From Gammaproteobacteria bacterium (lineage in GTDB: Bacteria; Pseudomonadota; Gammaproteobacteria; GCA-001735895), in NCBI GenBank assembly GCA_024222685.1, contig JAAEOZ010000102.1:1-51367 (forward strand): 51,367 nt of DNA. Direction: 5' to 3'. Shown in pieces: positions 11,282 to 21,936 of the stretch. A model generated the notes under the pieces. It had not been told where the DNA came from. It searched no databases and was given only the letters and a program-made list of their open reading frames with translations. The number at the start of each line of letters is the position of its first letter. The stretch's first letter is position 1. The translations under genes and the position numbers were made by a program.

Positions 11282-14200
11282 TTAACTGTGCAAGCTTTGC
11301 AAGCGGTAAACATCGTTAAATTCCCGATGCTCCATGGCCTGACAGGTTGCCCTTCCACCAGACAGGGTCGTCGTATAGGACACCGAATGCATTAATGCCT
11401 CGCGTCTGATTTCATATGAATCAGCGATAGCAGATCGCCCTTCGGTAGTATTGATAATTAACGCAATTTCATCGTTTTTGATCATATCAACAATATGTGG
11501 ACGACCTTCCTTTACCTTGTTTACCTGCTCGCATTCCACTCCAGCTGCGATGATCGCCCTTGCAGTACCACCGGTCGCTACCAGCTTAAATCCCTGGGAA
11601 CGAAGTTCTCTGGCCAGATCAGTAGCCGCCTGTTTATCGGTTTCTCGCACACTGATAAACGCCGTTCCAGGGCAGGGGATTCTGCCACCAGCACCTACCA
11701 TACCTTTGGCAAATGCTTCGGCAAACGTCTTTCCGATTCCCATCACTTCACCGGTAGACTTCATTTCCGGACCGAGTATCGGATCAACTCCCTGAAACTT
11801 GGCAAATGGAAATACAGATTCTTTTACCGAAACAAAATCGGGGATAACCTGGCCAATACAATCCTGTTGCCTGAGGGACTTTCCTACCATACACCTGGCG
11901 GCGACTTTGGCAAGCGGTACACCAGTTGCCTTGGAAACAAATGGGACGGTTCGTGAGGCACGAGGGTTCACTTCGAGGATATAAACATCTTCTCCTTTAA
12001 TGGCAAACTGCGTGTTCATCAGGCCGACTACATTCAAGGCTTTGGCCATGGCAGTCACCTGATCACAGAGTTTTTGCTGCATCTCCGACGACAGCGTATA
12101 AGGTGGCAACGAGCATGCCGAATCTCCTGAATGCACGCCTGCCTGCTCGATATGCTCCATTAAACCGCCGATGAATACATCCTCACCATCGCAAATAGCA
12201 TCGACATCCACTTCAACTGCCTCATCAAGGAATCTGTCGAGCAACACTGGTGAATCCCTCGTTATTTTTACCGCCTCCGCCATATAGCGAGCGAGATCTT
12301 CCTGATCATAGACAATTTCCATTGCCCTGCCACCGAGAACATATGACGGCCTGACAACCAGTGGAAAACCAACCTGCTCGGCCAGGGCTCGGGACGACTC
12401 GACATCAAAGGCAATCTGATTTGGTGGCTGTAGTAATTCGAGCTGGATAATCATTTGCTGAAAGCGTTCTCTATCTTCCGCTAAATCGATTGAATCAGGC
12501 GTGGTACCGATAATCGGCACACCGGCAGATTCGAGAGAACGCGCCAGATTCAGCGGTGTCTGCCCACCAAACTGCACGATGACACCTTTTGGTTGTTCGA
12601 GGTGTATGATCTCCAGCACATCTTCATAGGTTAAAGGTTCAAAATACAGCCGGTCGGAAGTATCATAATCGGTAGAAACTGTCTCCGGATTACAGTTGAT
12701 CATGATGGTTTCATAACCATCTTCACGCATTGCCATAGCAGCATGCACACAACAATAATCAAACTCTATACCCTGACCAATGCGATTAGGTCCACCACCA
12801 AGAACAACTATCTTGTCGCGATGGCTCGGTTCAGCTTCGCATTCATCTTCGTAGCTTGAATAGAGGTAAGCCGTAGAAGATGCGAACTCAGCTGCACAGG
12901 TATCAACACGTTTATAAACCGGGCGCACACCGAGTTCGCGCCTATAGATAGCTAAATCGGTTTCTTCGGTGCCGAGTAATCTCGCTAACCGGTGGTCAGA
13001 AAAACCCTTTCGTTTAAGACTTCTCAAATCCGGCCGTGTTAATGTTTGAAGTGATTTACCGACTAAATTCTGCTCCTGTTTTACCAGATCTTCAATCTGC
13101 ACCAGAAACCAGGGGTCGATAGCGGTCAGTTCGAATATCTTTTGCATCGAGTATCCGCTTCGAAACGCATCGGCGACATACCAGATTCGTTTCGCACCGG
13201 GTAACCTCAGTTCTTTCCTGTACAGATCTTCAAGTTCGTCGGTGCTCAAATTCTGATCGACGATTTCATCCAGCCCGAAAACCCCGGTTTCGAGTCCACG
13301 CAGTGCTTTCTGGAAAGACTCCTGAAAACTCCGACCAATCGCCATAACTTCACCCACCGATTTCATCTGAGTTGACAATCGATCATCGGCCTGCGGGAAT
13401 TTTTCGAATGTAAAACGTGGTATCTTGGTTACCACATAATCAATGCTCGGTTCGAATGAAGCCGGAGTTACTCCTCCGGTTATATCGTTGCGCAATTCAT
13501 CCAGCGTATAACCTACAGCGAGCTTGGCAGCAACCTTGGCGATCGGAAAGCCGGTCGCTTTCGAGGCCAGTGCAGAAGATCGCGAAACCCTCGGGTTCAT
13601 CTCGATGATGATCATTTCACCGTTTTTCGGGTTAATCGCGAACTGTACGTTGGAACCACCCGTTTCAACCCCAATCTTGCGAAGCACCGCCAGCGATGCG
13701 TTACGCATGATTTGATACTCCTTGTCTGTCAATGTCTGCGCAGGGGCGACAGTAATAGAATCACCGGTATGCACCCCCATCGGATCAAGGTTTTCAATCG
13801 AACAGATGATGATACAGTTGTCGTTCTTATCACGCACAACTTCCATTTCGTACTCTTTCCAGCCGAGCACCGAAATCTCTATAAGGACTTCTGTTGTCGG
13901 TGATAAATCGAGGCCACGTTTGATAATGTCTTCAAACTCTTCACGATTGTAGGCAATACCTCCACCACTGCCGCCCATGGTAAAAGATGGCCGTATTATC
14001 ACCGGAAAACCGATTTGAGACTGTCCCTGCCAGGCCTCCTCAAGACTATGCGCGATGAATGCTTTCGGTGTGGCTAAGCCAATTTCTGTCATCGCTCGAC
14101 GAAATTGTTCACGATCTTCCGCCATATCGATTGCTTCGCGGGTCGCGCCAATCATTTCGACATTATATTTCTTCAGTACACCTTCCCGATCCAGATCAAG

Positions 14201-14497
14201 GGCACAATTTAAAGCTGTCTGCCCTCCCATGGTCGGCAATAAGACGTCCGGTCGCTCCGTTTCGATAATTTTTTCAACCACCTTCCAGTGGATTGGCTCG
14301 ATATATACCGAATCGGCTGTACCGGGATCGGTCATGATCGTCGCCGGATTGGAATTGATCAGTATGACACGTAAGCCCTCTTCCTTGAGTGCTTTACAGG
14401 CCTGAGCTCCGGAATAGTCAAATTCACAGGCCTGACCTATGACTATTGGCCCGGCTCCGATAATGAGTACAGATTTGATGTCGGATCTCAATGGCAT
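11282..14497 (-). CDS. carB: Carbamoyl-phosphate synthase large subunit
   Basis: 1071 aa with duplicated ATP-grasp halves ([19 protein letters not shown], and [17 protein letters not shown]). Confidence 0.97.
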   Translation of the reverse strand: MPLRSDIKSVLIIGAGPIVIGQACEFDYSGAQACKALKEEGLRVILINSNPATIMTDPGTADSVYIEPIHWKVVEKIIETERPDVLLPTMGGQTALNCALDLDREGVLKKYNVEMIGATREAIDMAEDREQFRRAMTEIGLATPKAFIAHSLEEAWQGQSQIGFPVIIRPSFTMGGSGGGIAYNREEFEDIIKRGLDLSPTTEVLIEISVLGWKEYEMEVVRDKNDNCIIICSIENLDPMGVHTGDSITVAPAQTLTDKEYQIMRNASLAVLRKIGVETGGSNVQFAINPKNGEMIIIEMNPRVSRSSALASKATGFPIAKVAAKLAVGYTLDELRNDITGGVTPASFEPSIDYVVTKIPRFTFEKFPQADDRLSTQMKSVGEVMAIGRSFQESFQKALRGLETGVFGLDEIVDQNLSTDELEDLYRKELRLPGAKRIWYVADAFRSGYSMQKIFELTAIDPWFLVQIEDLVKQEQNLVGKSLQTLTRPDLRSLKRKGFSDHRLARLLGTEETDLAIYRRELGVRPVYKRVDTCAAEFASSTAYLYSSYEDECEAEPSHRDKIVVLGGGPNRIGQGIEFDYCCVHAAMAMREDGYETIMINCNPETVSTDYDTSDRLYFEPLTYEDVLEIIHLEQPKGVIVQFGGQTPLNLARSLESAGVPIIGTTPDSIDLAEDRERFQQMIIQLELLQPPNQIAFDVESSRALAEQVGFPLVVRPSYVLGGRAMEIVYDQEDLARYMAEAVKITRDSPVLLDRFLDEAVEVDVDAICDGEDVFIGGLMEHIEQAGVHSGDSACSLPPYTLSSEMQQKLCDQVTAMAKALNVVGLMNTQFAIKGEDVYILEVNPRASRTVPFVSKATGVPLAKVAARCMVGKSLRQQDCIGQVIPDFVSVKESVFPFAKFQGVDPILGPEMKSTGEVMGIGKTFAEAFAKGMVGAGGRIPCPGTAFISVRETDKQAATDLARELRSQGFKLVATGGTARAIIAAGVECEQVNKVKEGRPHIVDMIKNDEIALIINTTEGRSAIADSYEIRREALMHSVSYTTTLSGGRATCQAMEHREFNDVYRLQSLHS

Positions 14498-15651
14498 CAG
14501 ATATCTCCAGCACGATCGGATGAACCTATATGCGCATCAATCAATTTAAAAAAATAATCGAACATAGGTGTAACATCGTGTGGCCCTGGACTCGCTTCAG
14601 GGTGACCCTGAAAACTGAAAGCTGCCTTGTCATTGCGGTGCACTGCCTGCAGGCTGCCGTCGAACAGTGACCGATGTGTCGCCCTCAAGTTATCGGGCAG
14701 ACTACTTTCATCGACCGCAAATCCATGATTCTGGCTGGTTATCATAACTTCAGCAGTCTCGATATCCTGTACCGGATGATTGGCGCCATGGTGGCCAAAT
14801 TTCATTTTCAGCGTTTTAGCGCCACTAGCAAGCGCCAGCAACTGATGGCCGAGGCAAATGCCGAACACCGGTATTTCTGTTTCAAGAATTTCGCCAATAG
14901 CTTTAATGGCATATTTACAGGGCTCCGGGTCACCTGGTCCATTGGATAGAAATACTCCATCAGGATTCATATTCAGCACTTCGCTGGCCGCTGTTTTAGC
15001 AGGTACCACCGTAACTCTCGCACCACGGGCTGCGAGCATACAGAGAATGTTTTTCTTAATGCCGTAGTCGTAGGCAACAATATGATACTTCGAATCACGA
15101 TTTTCGGAATAACCATTCTCAAGATCCCAGGTCGATTGAACCCAGCTATATTCTCTGTTAGTTGTGACAACCTGGGCAAGATCAGTACCGGCAAGACCAC
15201 CAAACCCACGAGCGGCGGTTAGAGCCGCATCCGCACTAGCATCATCACCTGCCATTATCGCACCGCTCTGAGCACCATTATCACGTAAAAGACGCGTTAA
15301 TTTCCGTGTGTCGATATCGGCTATAGCTACAACATTGCGCCGCTTAAGATAATTCCCGAGACTGGATTCGCTGCGCCAGTTACTTTCCAATAGTGGAAGA
15401 TCTCGAATAATCAACCCACTGGCATGAATATCCAGCGCTTCTTCGTCCTCAGTGTTGACCCCGGTATTTCCGATATGTGGGTAAGTTAGCGTAATGAGCT
15501 GCTGACAATACGAAGGGTCGGTCAGAATTTCCTGATAACCGGTCATTGCTGTGTTAAAAACCACTTCTCCTGTGGTCAATCCCTCGGTACCGATTGACAG
15601 GCCTTCAAACAGGCTGCCATCTTCGAGGGCGAGTATTGCTGGTTTGGGCAC
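14497..15651 (-). CDS. carA: Carbamoyl-phosphate synthase small subunit (glutamine amidotransferase)
   Basis: CarA motifs are present ([10 protein letters not shown], the triad region GICLGHQLL). I prefer the GTG start at 15649-15651, which follows GGAGG-TTTT, over the track ATG at 15702, which adds 17 non-conserved residues. Confidence 0.92.
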   Translation of the reverse strand: MPKPAILALEDGSLFEGLSIGTEGLTTGEVVFNTAMTGYQEILTDPSYCQQLITLTYPHIGNTGVNTEDEEALDIHASGLIIRDLPLLESNWRSESSLGNYLKRRNVVAIADIDTRKLTRLLRDNGAQSGAIMAGDDASADAALTAARGFGGLAGTDLAQVVTTNREYSWVQSTWDLENGYSENRDSKYHIVAYDYGIKKNILCMLAARGARVTVVPAKTAASEVLNMNPDGVFLSNGPGDPEPCKYAIKAIGEILETEIPVFGICLGHQLLALASGAKTLKMKFGHHGANHPVQDIETAEVMITSQNHGFAVDESSLPDNLRATHRSLFDGSLQAVHRNDKAAFSFQGHPEASPGPHDVTPMFDYFFKLIDAHIGSSDRAGDI

Positions 15652-16006
15652 AAAACCTCCAGGTTCAAAAAAATGCGCGCGCACGAAAATGGGAGGAACC
15701 ACTGGTTCTTCCCATCTTCAGAATTTTAAGATATTACACTGCGGTAGCAGCATCTTCTTGAGGGCATATTGTATGACGATTGTCTGGGCGAGTCCATGTT
15801 AGATTCAATAATTTGACCTGCTTACAAACTTTCTTTTTATTTTCCCGGTGTGCGAATGTCGCGTAGACAGGCATTCTTTATATAACAAGACAGGATTTTT
15901 CTTTGTCAGCAGGTAATCCAGCATTTTCATAAGCAGGTGGCTTAAACGACTGGCTATGGCTTTTGACCATGGGTATAGTGGGCGGCTCTGCGGTAATATG
16001 CATTAA

Positions 16007-17569
16007 CTATCTCTGGCTTTTTTTATAAAGTTGATTCTCGCAATACTCTACCGCTGTCAACATTTGCTGTGCATCGGCAAAGCGCATATAGGTTTTTTTC
16101 TGCAGTGCCTTCATTATTATTTCCTCTATACCTTCGGGTAAGGTCAACTGGGATAGGTCTGGCTCATCTTTAATAATGCTGCGCTTAAGCTGTGATAAAT
16201 TTTTCCCGGTGAAAGGCTGATGGCCAGACAGTAAATGACACAGAGAAATAGCCAGCGAAAACAGGTCTGAACGGCCGTCCAGTTTTTTCCCCTCGAGTTG
16301 CTCTGGAGACATATATGATGGAGTACCGACAATTACCTTATCGCTCTGCAAGGGATACCCTTCGCTATATGCCGCACCGAAATCGGTAATAATGTAGGTT
16401 TTCTCCCTACTATCGTACATGATATTGGCCGGCTTTATATCCCCATGGACGACACCTAGTTTATGAGCTTCAGCTAGCGCACTCAGCACCGACTTGGAAA
16501 TTCGAATACACTCACCAACGGTTATATACTCGCGTTTTCGCAGACGTAGTGCCATCGAATACCCAGAAATATAATCCATAGCGATATATGGGGTGCCATT
16601 TTCAATAGATGCGTCATGGATTTTTGCAATATTTGGATGATCCATACGGGATACGATTTCAGCTTCGTGGAGCCAGTGTTTTATGCGTCCACCTTCGACG
16701 CTTTCATCAGCGCAGGAAGACATGATTTTGAGTGCGACCCGATTTTGTGTTCTTAAGTCGTAACCTTCATAAACGTCGGCGGTAGAGCCTCTGGCGATCT
16801 TCTTAAGCACCTCATAATGCCCAATAATATTAACAGTTGGATCATGATCAGCGTTTTCCTGATTTAACTGAAGTATTTGTGAGCGGTTATTTCGAATTTC
16901 CTCTATACGTGTTACAAAATCACTTAGCCCCGGATCATACTCAGACAGCCAGTGGTAGAGATGCATGGAACTAGCCCAGTGTTTTTCCGATTCAAGTAAC
17001 ATACCCAGTTCATAGCCGACTTCCAGGAGATCATCATTCATTGGACATTGTCTGAGGAACACCAATGCCGATTTTAAATCATTAGAATTGATTCTCTGTC
17101 GAACATCATCGAGACTGACTTTATCTTCGTTAATTTGATCCAGGGTGGAAAAGTGTTGATAAATATCAATAGTCCAATAAACGCCCGACACTGAAAGCAT
17201 TAATATCACTGGCAGAATCAAGGGCAGGAAAACATGACCAAAAAGTGCAAACAAAATTTCGATCATCAGTAGAAAAAACGAAATAATACTTAAGGTAATG
17301 AACGAAACTGCGGTTGTTCTGCTACGAGTATATTTTCTAACATACACCGCCAGTATCAGTGTATATATCAAAAACATCATCCAGATTGGCGCTTCTCGGA
17401 CAGCACTTACTGTGGAGCCTGACTTACCCGCTGGTTCCAGGCTAAGAATATATTCAAAAAGACCATACTCGAATTTAGATACAGCCGAGGTATCACTTAC
17501 GACAAAAGTTAATATCAACAGACAACCGGTTAACCCCAGTTGCCAGGCTCTGGACTTAAAACTAAACAC
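16007..17569 (-). CDS. Membrane-anchored Hanks-type Ser/Thr protein kinase (four N-terminal TM helices, a helical linker, C-terminal kinase domain)
   Basis: Kinase subdomains are visible: VALKIM, HGDIKPANIMY, DFG, GTPSYMSPEQ and DLFSLAISL. The N-terminal ~140 aa are hydrophobic. The Gly-rich loop is degenerate (ARGSTADVY). Confidence 0.8.
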   Translation of the reverse strand: MFSFKSRAWQLGLTGCLLILTFVVSDTSAVSKFEYGLFEYILSLEPAGKSGSTVSAVREAPIWMMFLIYTLILAVYVRKYTRSRTTAVSFITLSIISFFLLMIEILFALFGHVFLPLILPVILMLSVSGVYWTIDIYQHFSTLDQINEDKVSLDDVRQRINSNDLKSALVFLRQCPMNDDLLEVGYELGMLLESEKHWASSMHLYHWLSEYDPGLSDFVTRIEEIRNNRSQILQLNQENADHDPTVNIIGHYEVLKKIARGSTADVYEGYDLRTQNRVALKIMSSCADESVEGGRIKHWLHEAEIVSRMDHPNIAKIHDASIENGTPYIAMDYISGYSMALRLRKREYITVGECIRISKSVLSALAEAHKLGVVHGDIKPANIMYDSREKTYIITDFGAAYSEGYPLQSDKVIVGTPSYMSPEQLEGKKLDGRSDLFSLAISLCHLLSGHQPFTGKNLSQLKRSIIKDEPDLSQLTLPEGIEEIIMKALQKKTYMRFADAQQMLTAVEYCENQLYKKSQR

Positions 17570-17773
17570 GCAAATTCCTGTGTATCGGTAGCCTTTCGTA
17601 TTCGGGCGAATTCATTATATGCCTGGATTATAAAGCCACACCATCATCCGAGGATAGTAGTGTTTTTCAGTGGCGCCATCGATCCCGGCCAAAAGGCCCA
17701 TGCGCTGGCTGTATATTCTGATAATATGTCCATCTAAAAATACAGCCATCACAGTTATTTTGAGAGTTTATGC

Positions 17774-18340
17774 ATGGGTAATCGATTATCGGCTATCGTG
17801 ACACGTACCGGCGACAAAGGTAGTACTGGAATGGCCGACGGAAGCCGTAGAAGCAAATTTAATTCCCGAGTTCATTGTCTCGGTGAAGTAGATGAGTTAA
17901 ATGCTATGATCGGAGTAGTACTGAGTCATATCGAAGATCAACAGACTCAGACTATTCTGTTTTCGATTCAACACGATTTGTTCGATATTGGCGCAGAACT
18001 TTGTCAACCAGGAAAAGTACTTATCGATCCCACTTATGTTGAGGCTCTTGAAAATGCGGCTGAGAAATTTAACAAACCACTCCCGCCTTTAAAGGAGTTT
18101 ATTTTACCTGGCGGTTCCAGAGCAGTCGCCTTTCTTCAACTAGCCCGAACTATATGTCGGCGCGCAGAACGATCTCTGCATAGCCTTGCATCCGAAGAAG
18201 AGTTGAATCCATTTACCGCACAGTATATCAATCGACTATCTGATCTGATATTTATACTCGCCAGGCATGCAGCCTTCACGCAGGATGGAAAGGATGTATA
18301 TTGGCAATCCCGTTTTTCAAGAATGAATCGCAATCTCTAG
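17774..18340 (+). CDS. PduO-type ATP:cob(I)alamin adenosyltransferase
   Basis: 188 aa. The N-terminal TRTGDKGSTG...LGEVDELNAMIG and later QHDLFDIGAEL are typical of the PduO/MMAB family. Confidence 0.85.
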   Translation: MGNRLSAIVTRTGDKGSTGMADGSRRSKFNSRVHCLGEVDELNAMIGVVLSHIEDQQTQTILFSIQHDLFDIGAELCQPGKVLIDPTYVEALENAAEKFNKPLPPLKEFILPGGSRAVAFLQLARTICRRAERSLHSLASEEELNPFTAQYINRLSDLIFILARHAAFTQDGKDVYWQSRFSRMNRNL

Positions 18341-18344
18341 ATCT

Positions 18345-18671
18345 CTAACGATCACTTACATCGACATAACCACGTTCAAGAGCATGCCGCAAAGCGGCGA
18401 ATCCAGCCATGGTTTCTTCATATAGTTGTCGATACTTTTTAACATCATCGGCTAATCGAGTGGCCAGGTTACTATCCTCCGTATTAGCCATTTCTATCAC
18501 TGATTTAAGATAGTTGGCTCGACAGATTGAAATTGCTTCACCCATTTTCAATATATCCTTTTCACTAATTTTCCCGGTAATTTCGCTGATATGCCTTCTA
18601 TTTACCTGAACAATTTCATGTTCAAAACGTTGCATAAGGCGTTGTACATCGAGTTGATCGATCTGGCTCAT
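18345..18671 (-). CDS. Hypothetical all-helical 108-aa protein
   Basis: The ORF is co-directional with and 63 nt downstream of motY, with no overlapping alternative. I recognise no family. Confidence 0.5.
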   Translation of the reverse strand: MSQIDQLDVQRLMQRFEHEIVQVNRRHISEITGKISEKDILKMGEAISICRANYLKSVIEMANTEDSNLATRLADDVKKYRQLYEETMAGFAALRHALERGYVDVSDR

Positions 18672-18734
18672 AATAGTTACATCCCAGTTTTCAAAAATTA
18701 ATTTTTCCCAACCTGCACATGACTTTCTCGGTGA

Positions 18735-19610
18735 CTATTTCAATAGCTCAAGCGTTACACGCCGATTGGCAGCCAGCGCCGAATCAGATTCTCCTTTCTC
18801 CAGAGGTCGGTGTTCACCGTAGTGGTCCAGCGTGATTATTTTTGGGTCAATGCCTTTTGCCAGTAGCAAATCATAGACATACCAGGCACGTCTCGATGAA
18901 AGCGTATCGTTGTAACAAATAGTACCGGTCTTATCGGCATGGCCGGATATCACGATTTCTCTAATCGACGGATCTACCTGTATATAATCGTACATCCGTT
19001 GTAAAGCAGTTTCTTCTTCCTGCAATATCGGGAATTCCTCGTCGTGGTCGAAATGAATACTGCTGACACGGACATCTTCATAATTTTCATAGTACAAATT
19101 GCTAACACATCGCTCGAAGTCCGGTTCTACACTTCGAAACCGAACTGTAGACATCATCACTACAGTCGGATCAATCAAATCCTTATCAGGTGTAAAGTGA
19201 AATCCAGAGTGAAAGCCGTCGTGCAATTCAAGATAGGCATATTTCGCTGTTCTGGTGCCCACCTTGAGTAAAATATCACTATCACGAGTCGAGAGACTGG
19301 CCATTTGCAAATCTGAAAACACAGATTTCCAGTTCGGTGACTGAGACCGGAAGTCTACTTCAATACCGCTTTTAAAACGTTGCTGCGTGACCAGTTTGAG
19401 TTGTAGATCACGTCCAGCGGACTGGTAAAAAATCGCTTTTCCAAACCGGGGGATTTCATGCTCCATTTCACAGTGCAGGGCTGTCGCTACAGTCATTTGC
19501 CAGCGAGATTCTTCCATTGGTGCAAGATACCGACGCTCTTTGGCAAATACAGGATTCAGGCTTGTCAAAAGACAGATTAATAGTAGTACACGGCCTAGCA
19601 TTGATCGCAC
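18735..19610 (-). CDS. motY: MotY-like flagellar T-ring/stator-associated protein with an OmpA-like C-terminal domain
   Basis: It has a signal peptide. The N-terminal domain RYLAPMEESRWQMTVATALHCEMEHEIPRFGKAIF parallels Vibrio MotY ([35 protein letters not shown], from memory). The C-terminus carries OmpA-type peptidoglycan-binding motifs (GHADKTG...NDTLSSRRA...NRRVTLE). Confidence 0.75.
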   Translation of the reverse strand: MRSMLGRVLLLICLLTSLNPVFAKERRYLAPMEESRWQMTVATALHCEMEHEIPRFGKAIFYQSAGRDLQLKLVTQQRFKSGIEVDFRSQSPNWKSVFSDLQMASLSTRDSDILLKVGTRTAKYAYLELHDGFHSGFHFTPDKDLIDPTVVMMSTVRFRSVEPDFERCVSNLYYENYEDVRVSSIHFDHDEEFPILQEEETALQRMYDYIQVDPSIREIVISGHADKTGTICYNDTLSSRRAWYVYDLLLAKGIDPKIITLDHYGEHRPLEKGESDSALAANRRVTLELLK

Positions 19611-19674
19611 CAGAGTGGTTGTTACTCTGTTTATCGGTTAAATAAGCAATATCTTTAGATACTTTTTGATAAAT

Positions 19675-20442
19675 TCAGGTCAGGAAATGCGATACCAGTT
19701 CAGAGAATTTCTGTGGTTGTTCAGCATGTAACCAGTGTCCGGCATTCCTTATGGTTTCGATTCGCGCATTGCTAAAGGTTTGATTGATGACCGCAATGCC
19801 ACGATCATCAACATAGTCAGAATTTTCACCTCGAATAAATAGCGTAGGAATGCCGATTGGTGCAACGGCTTCTAAAGGAAAATCTAGTAGAGAATTCATC
19901 TGCTGCTGTATGACCTGCCAGTTGACCTTCCAGCACCAGCTATCATCTGTCCTTGCCAGGTTTTGCAAAAGGAAGCCGCGTAACATTGGATCACTAATAT
20001 CAGTGGCTAGCGTTTTATCTGCCTGAGATCGGCTGCTTATCTGATTCAAATCTATCGCCAGTATCGCTTTGATCAAACTGGAATGGCTATGTTGATAAGT
20101 TACCGGGGCGATATCAGCTACAACGAGGTTCGAAATACTCTGCGGGTATCGGAGGGCATATAGCATTGCTACTTTACCGCCCATACTATGCCCGATAATG
20201 TTGCAGCTATTCAGGTCGAGATGACCAGCGAGGGCCCGGACATCCTCGGCCATCAATTCATAATTCATCAGCGAATCATGGAAAGAATTGCCATGATTTC
20301 GTAAATCCACTGTATAGACAGTAAAGTCTTCGGCAAACTGTTTCGCCAGTGACTGCCAGTTCTTACTCGAACCAAACAAACCGTGCAGAATCAGCAGCGG
20401 TTCACCCTGCCCGAGCTGTGTATATTGCAGTAATTGAGTCAT
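19675..20442 (-). CDS. Alpha/beta-fold hydrolase, YbfF-like esterase
   Basis: 255 aa with LLILHGLFGS, the nucleophile elbow GHSMGG, and a C-terminal GHWLHAEQP. Confidence 0.8.
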   Translation of the reverse strand: MTQLLQYTQLGQGEPLLILHGLFGSSKNWQSLAKQFAEDFTVYTVDLRNHGNSFHDSLMNYELMAEDVRALAGHLDLNSCNIIGHSMGGKVAMLYALRYPQSISNLVVADIAPVTYQHSHSSLIKAILAIDLNQISSRSQADKTLATDISDPMLRGFLLQNLARTDDSWCWKVNWQVIQQQMNSLLDFPLEAVAPIGIPTLFIRGENSDYVDDRGIAVINQTFSNARIETIRNAGHWLHAEQPQKFSELVSHFLT

Positions 20443-20484
20443 AGCTAAAGAAATGGCCGGGTAGTACCATGCGGCTATTTAGCA

Positions 20485-21891
20485 TTATTTTTTCTTCGGA
20501 ATATACAAATCAGTAATAGTTCCTTCAGCCATCTCCGCGGCAAAGTTAAAAGTTTCAGAAAGTGTAGGATGCGCATGGATGGTTAAACCGATATCTTCTG
20601 CATCGGCGCCCATTTCGAGAGCGAGTACAGCTTCGGCAATTAACTCACCTGCATTCGGACCAACTATACCAGCGCCCAGGATACGTTTAGTTTCCTTATC
20701 GAACAATACCTTGGTCATACCTTCGTCGCGATCCAGACCGAGCGATCGACCACTTGCCGCCCATGGAAATGCGCCTTTGACGTATTCAATGCCCTGCGCC
20801 TTTGCTTCAGTTTCACTCAACCCCATCCATGCGACTTCAGGGTCGGTATATGCCACTGACGGTATTGTCAATGGTTCAAAGAATGATTTCATTCCTGCGA
20901 TAACCTCTGCAGCGACCTTAGCTTCATGGGTTGCCTTGTGCGCTAACATTGGATTTCCGACAATGTCACCAATTGCAAAGATGTTGGCAACATTAGTTCG
21001 CATTTGATTATCTACAGGAATAAAGCCGCTTTCATCGACCTTAATTCCTGCATTGTCGGCACCAATCTTGAACCCGTTTGGTCGCCGCCCAACAGCAACC
21101 AGAACTTTATCAAAGGTTTGCGGTTCTGGCGCTTTATCACCTTCAAAAGTAACTTTCAAACCATTTTTCTGGGCTTTGATTTCTGCTACTTTGGTTTTCA
21201 GGTGAATAGCTTTATATTTTTTTGATATGCGTTTGTTGAGAGGACGAACCAGGTCCTTATCACAGCCCGGAATTAGACTATCCATGAATTCAACAACAGT
21301 GATCTCAGAACCAAGTGCATCGTATACTGTAGCCATTTCCAGGCCGATAATACCGCCACCAACAATAAGCAGCTTTTTTGGCACATCGCATAAATCCAGT
21401 GCATCGGTCGAATCCATCAGGCGAGGATCGTCATTTGGAAAAGTGGGAATTTCGGTAGCCTGCGAACCAGCTGCGATAATACAGTGCTGGAAACTGATAT
21501 TGATTTTTTGTCCATCCTGTTCAACCACCAGCGTATTAGCATCAACAAAACTGCCAACCCCGGCAATCACTTCGACCTTACGTTGTTTGGCAAGATTTTT
21601 TAAACCGCCGGTTAATTTGGTCACAACCCGTTCTTTAAAACCACGAATACCATCTATATCTATCTTCGGTTTACCAAACTCAACACCGTTGACTTTCATA
21701 TGATCGGCTTCGTTGATTACCTGTGCTGTGTGAAGTAGTGCTTTAGAAGGTATGCAACCGACGTTAAGACAAACCCCACCAAGCGAATCGTAGCGCTCAA
21801 CCAGAGTAACCTTTTTACCTAGATCTGCCGCCCTGAATGCAGCGGTGTATCCACCCGGACCTGCGCCTAAAACGAGAATTTCTGTATCCAT
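20485..21891 (-). CDS. lpdA: Dihydrolipoyl dehydrogenase (E3)
   Basis: 468 aa with the FAD motif GAGPGGY, the redox-active GGVCLNVGCIPSK, and C-terminal HAHPTLSE. Confidence 0.95.
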   Translation of the reverse strand: MDTEILVLGAGPGGYTAAFRAADLGKKVTLVERYDSLGGVCLNVGCIPSKALLHTAQVINEADHMKVNGVEFGKPKIDIDGIRGFKERVVTKLTGGLKNLAKQRKVEVIAGVGSFVDANTLVVEQDGQKINISFQHCIIAAGSQATEIPTFPNDDPRLMDSTDALDLCDVPKKLLIVGGGIIGLEMATVYDALGSEITVVEFMDSLIPGCDKDLVRPLNKRISKKYKAIHLKTKVAEIKAQKNGLKVTFEGDKAPEPQTFDKVLVAVGRRPNGFKIGADNAGIKVDESGFIPVDNQMRTNVANIFAIGDIVGNPMLAHKATHEAKVAAEVIAGMKSFFEPLTIPSVAYTDPEVAWMGLSETEAKAQGIEYVKGAFPWAASGRSLGLDRDEGMTKVLFDKETKRILGAGIVGPNAGELIAEAVLALEMGADAEDIGLTIHAHPTLSETFNFAAEMAEGTITDLYIPKKK

Positions 21892-21936
21892 ATTTATCCT
21901 TTTATCGTATGTTGATGGCTAATTTACGTTAGAAAT

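Noticed and set aside
17570-17773. Possible cobalamin riboswitch upstream of the PduO-type adenosyltransferase.
   Set aside because: I could not find a B12-box-like element or the expected conserved helices in the 204-nt spacer. A covariance-model scan (Rfam RF00174) would be decisive.
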